Below, one piece after another: positions 63,001 through 64,000 of a DNA stretch of 64,000 bases. The notes beneath the pieces were generated by a model. It saw only the letters and a list, made by a program, of their open reading frames with translations, was not told where the DNA came from and ran no database searches. The stretch spans positions 27,592,001 through 27,656,000 of the forward strand of contig CM075987.1 in the NCBI GenBank assembly GCA_038087875.1. The letters run 5' to 3'. Every line of letters begins with the position of its first letter. Within the stretch, counting starts at the first letter, position 1. Position numbers and translations under genes: made by a program. Origin of the DNA: Malacoraja senta. Lineage: Eukaryota.

Positions 63001-63895
63001 CCAAAATAAATTATACTTCAATAACTATGAACCAACCCCCATACTTACAGAAAGCATGTCGTTTAATGAATTAGACTTTGCCCGTACATTATGCTCCCTG
63101 AAAAGAATGAATAATTGAAATATAATTATGCTTACTGGTGGCAACATACACAGCCATTTAAATGAGCCCCTACTTCCACTGCCTGCACGTTAGTGATAAT
63201 ACCTCCCTTCTATCACAAGCTTAGAAGCAGCGTGTTCATTCATGTTTGCACTAAATGTTCAATTCCATTCACAGCTCCTCGTAAGATGAAGTAGCCATTG
63301 CACGTAGCGAGAGTCCAGACAACATGCAACATTGACCACCCAGCGGACATTAACACTCCCATCACGTTCCACGGTATGACCATCTCCAACAGGAAAGTAT
63401 CTAGTCGCCTAGCTGTGACTATCAATGCATTCCCATCAGGATCACCATTTACCAGAAATTCAGCTGGACAAAGGACATAAATATTGTGGCTTTAAGCGTA
63501 AGTCTAAAGCTTGGCATCCGACAGCACAACTAATTTTCCGATACTCCAAAAGGCATTGAAGTTTGCGGATGACACAAAGCTGGGTGGCCGTGTGAGCTGC
63601 GAGGAGGATGGGCAATGGACCACACCAACCATGTTATGACCAAGCCCCAGACTCAATATAGAAAGTATGAATCTCAACTAGATACACAGTCTCAGTCATA
63701 TTATAAATAGGATACTTAGGAGTGGCACAGGTCGCATTCTGCTCTTTCCTACCCAGGTTTTGGAGGTACGGATACAGGTGCTGGGATTGAAGTTTCCATT
63801 GCCAAGCTTTCAACACTTGGAGCTGGTGACGATGCAACTGAATCACGAGACCCCGTACTCTGCCGGTCGAATCCAGGTTCCTTGATAAACTTTAC
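35870..63895 (-). CDS. FKBP15: FK506-binding protein 15 (FKBP133/WAFL), partial gene (13 internal exons; WH1/PPIase exons lie beyond the right edge, C-terminal exons lost at the gap)
   Basis: Minus-strand exons 63895-63753, 63097-63049, 60950-60834, 58157-58064, 57268-57174, 56133-56031, 55742-55633, 52947-52843, 51208-51114, 49437-49335, 40359-40188, 38824-38688, 36025-35870 splice in frame (493 aa). FKBP15 signature peptides: KAKLISRMAKMGQPM, MTEARQHNTEIR, TMETSMIMHNIQRIIQENERLKQE, YVEQSNLLME, STDQAAAEQ. Confidence 0.95.
38688..38824 (-). CDS. FKBP15: FKBP15 exon ELQEVSERAQTKCKAEKQSRKQLEVKV...DNLVK
   Basis: cctcag|AG...AAG|gtgaga; 137 nt, phase 1/0. Confidence 0.94.
39846..40149. mobile_element. 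Non-autonomous DNA transposon (MITE), possibly PIF/Harbinger-like
   Basis: TIRs GGGCCTGTCCCACTGTA / TACAGTGGGACAGGCCC; CpG-rich; internal palindrome TTTTTCAACATGTTGAAAAA; no clear TSD. Confidence 0.8.
40188..40359 (-). CDS. FKBP15: FKBP15 exon VKVTEELALATGQIGRLQLELTAHQKKEMEL...MQLS
   Basis: gcgcag|GTG...TCAG|gtgcac; 172 nt, phase 0/1. Confidence 0.93.
40505..41494 (+). mobile_element. GC-rich non-coding retro-element with a LINE-type (TAT)n tail; relatives at 47935-48450, 54262-54975, 20535-20755(-)
   Basis: Shared GCCTTCCMTCACAGTG-like motif; ends GCGCCCATAAATAAAATGTATTATTATT. Confidence 0.65.
43096..43396 (+). mobile_element. HE1-type SINE; others at 44986-45301(-), 59230-59532(-)
   Basis: Head, core and tail match. 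Confidence 0.85.
45604..45636 (-). CDS. FKBP15: Candidate alternative 33-nt FKBP15 microexon LALPVELARAQ
   Basis: ctttctcttcctag|CTTGCATTGCCAGTGGAGCTGGCAAGAGCACAG|gtgagg; phase 0/0, in non-repetitive sequence of a phase-0 intron. No transcript evidence is available. Confidence 0.45.
49335..49437 (-). CDS. FKBP15: FKBP15 exon YVEQSNLLMEQRNDSLMSSTENNQARVLNVEQEK
   Basis: tggcag|A...AAG|gtaagc; 103 nt, phase 2/0. Confidence 0.95.
51114..51208 (-). CDS. FKBP15: FKBP15 exon ENERLKQEVFDKSSRIEEQNGKISELIQRNQ(R)
   Basis: ctctag|GAA...CAAAG|gtacag; 95 nt, phase 0/2. Confidence 0.95.
51550..52618 (-). mobile_element. Internally deleted Tc1 transposon with both TIRs and TA target-site duplication
   Basis: TA|CAGTGCCTTCCATAATGTTTGGGAC...GTCCCAAACATTATGGATGGCACTG|TA. 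CCATAATGTTTGGGACA is repeated inside the left TIR. Degenerate minus-strand transposase: VKHGGGGVMAWAC, QDNDPKH, WPSQSRDLNPIEH. Confidence 0.92.
52843..52947 (-). CDS. FKBP15: FKBP15 exon MEDLQKHITGPSNPGISSFTMETSMIMHNIQRIIQ
   Basis: tcacag|ATG...CAG|gttggt; 105 nt. Confidence 0.94.
53465..54215 (+). mobile_element. Rex1/Babar-clade LINE endonuclease fragment
   Basis: LCFTETWL, CKPFYSPREF, VYIPP, GDFIKANL, HVTCPTRG, SDHCLVHLIPTYRQKLK with frameshifts. Confidence 0.85.
55633..55742 (-). CDS. FKBP15: FKBP15 exon GGDVTSFMMTEARQHNTEIRLAISKASDKIDHLAFK
   Basis: ttgcag|CT...AAG|gtgagc; 110 nt, phase 1/0. Confidence 0.95.
56031..56133 (-). CDS. FKBP15: FKBP15 exon PYTGMHYGYAQGHGAQTQIQSIGPMYPAQVPQYQ
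   Basis: tttcag|CCG...CAAG|gtatgt; 103 nt, phase 0/1. Confidence 0.9.
57174..57268 (-). CDS. FKBP15: FKBP15 exon (V)PVSMPPTSCAALMPVVLPAQQGLSGSAQSFQ
   Basis: caacag|TG...CAG|gtactt; 95 nt, phase 1/0. Confidence 0.87.
57312..57778 (-). mobile_element. Rex1/Babar-clade LINE 3' end; related pieces at 3590-3835, 17090-17300, 19390-19620, 30370-30540, 42120-42360
   Basis: [42 protein letters not shown]...RFRDSFIP, followed by the shared 3' UTR. Confidence 0.82.
58064..58157 (-). CDS. FKBP15: FKBP15 Pro-rich exon DHSRGVPLAAPPAAQHTAAPVHSLPPQHPPP
   Basis: ctgcag|GAT...CCAG|gtcaag; 94 nt, phase 0/1, matching the next exon. Confidence 0.8.
59988..60113 (+). mobile_element. Penelope-derived short insert beginning at the hammerhead-like core
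   Basis: TSD CATTCTGGCAGGTC (59974-59987 and 60114-60127); 60001-60114 is identical to 27901-28014. Confidence 0.8.
60834..60950 (-). CDS. FKBP15: FKBP15 exon NPGPTKAKLISRMAKMGQPMPFLAGALSAQPDSSDSELE
   Basis: tcttag|AAT...GAG|gtgaga; 117 nt. Confidence 0.95.
63049..63097 (-). CDS. FKBP15: FKBP15 exon EHNVRAKSNSLNDMLS
   Basis: tttcag|G...TCT|gtaagt; 49 nt, phase 2/0. Confidence 0.9.
63753..63895 (-). CDS. FKBP15: FKBP15 exon VKFIKEPGFDRQSTGSRDSVASSPAPS...PPKP(G)
   Basis: tttcag|GTA...CCTGG|gtagga; 143 nt, phase 0/2. Confidence 0.9.
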
Positions 63896-64000
63896 CTGAA
63901 AGATAAAAATAATGAAGTGAAACTCCTGCAATGCGAACATTAAACATAATTCCATCAACTCTGTCCATTTATATATCGATGCAATAAAAAATGGCATCCT

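Overview
Vertebrate genomic DNA, most likely a cartilaginous fish (skate/ray). This is inferred from abundant HE1-type V-SINEs and CR1/HER1-like LINEs. The window holds the middle parts of two convergently oriented multi-exon genes, separated by a 200-N scaffold gap (35608-35807). LRSAM1 (+ strand) has 19 exons at 2521-34890: 1701 nt, 567 aa, covering the LRRs, coiled coil and start of the SAM domain. FKBP15 (- strand) has 13 exons at 63895-35870: 1479 nt, 493 aa, covering the post-PPIase Pro-rich region and coiled coil. I walked every exon by hand; all have AG/GT boundaries and matching phases. The 3' ends of both genes are missing at the gap. Introns are dominated by transposable elements: an uninterrupted 676-codon I/Nimb-type LINE ORF2 abutting a Tc1 end, a near-full-length dead CR1, Rex1/Babar pieces, an IR/DR Tc1, a MITE and HE1 SINEs. 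There are also many short, often palindromic Penelope-derived inserts carrying a minimal hammerhead-ribozyme-like motif. Best leads: the hammerhead-bearing mobile family, the intact Nimb ORF next to Tc1, a candidate 33-nt FKBP15 microexon, and a hairpin-masked, triplicated LRSAM1 splice donor. Family assignments come from remembered motifs; no database search was run.
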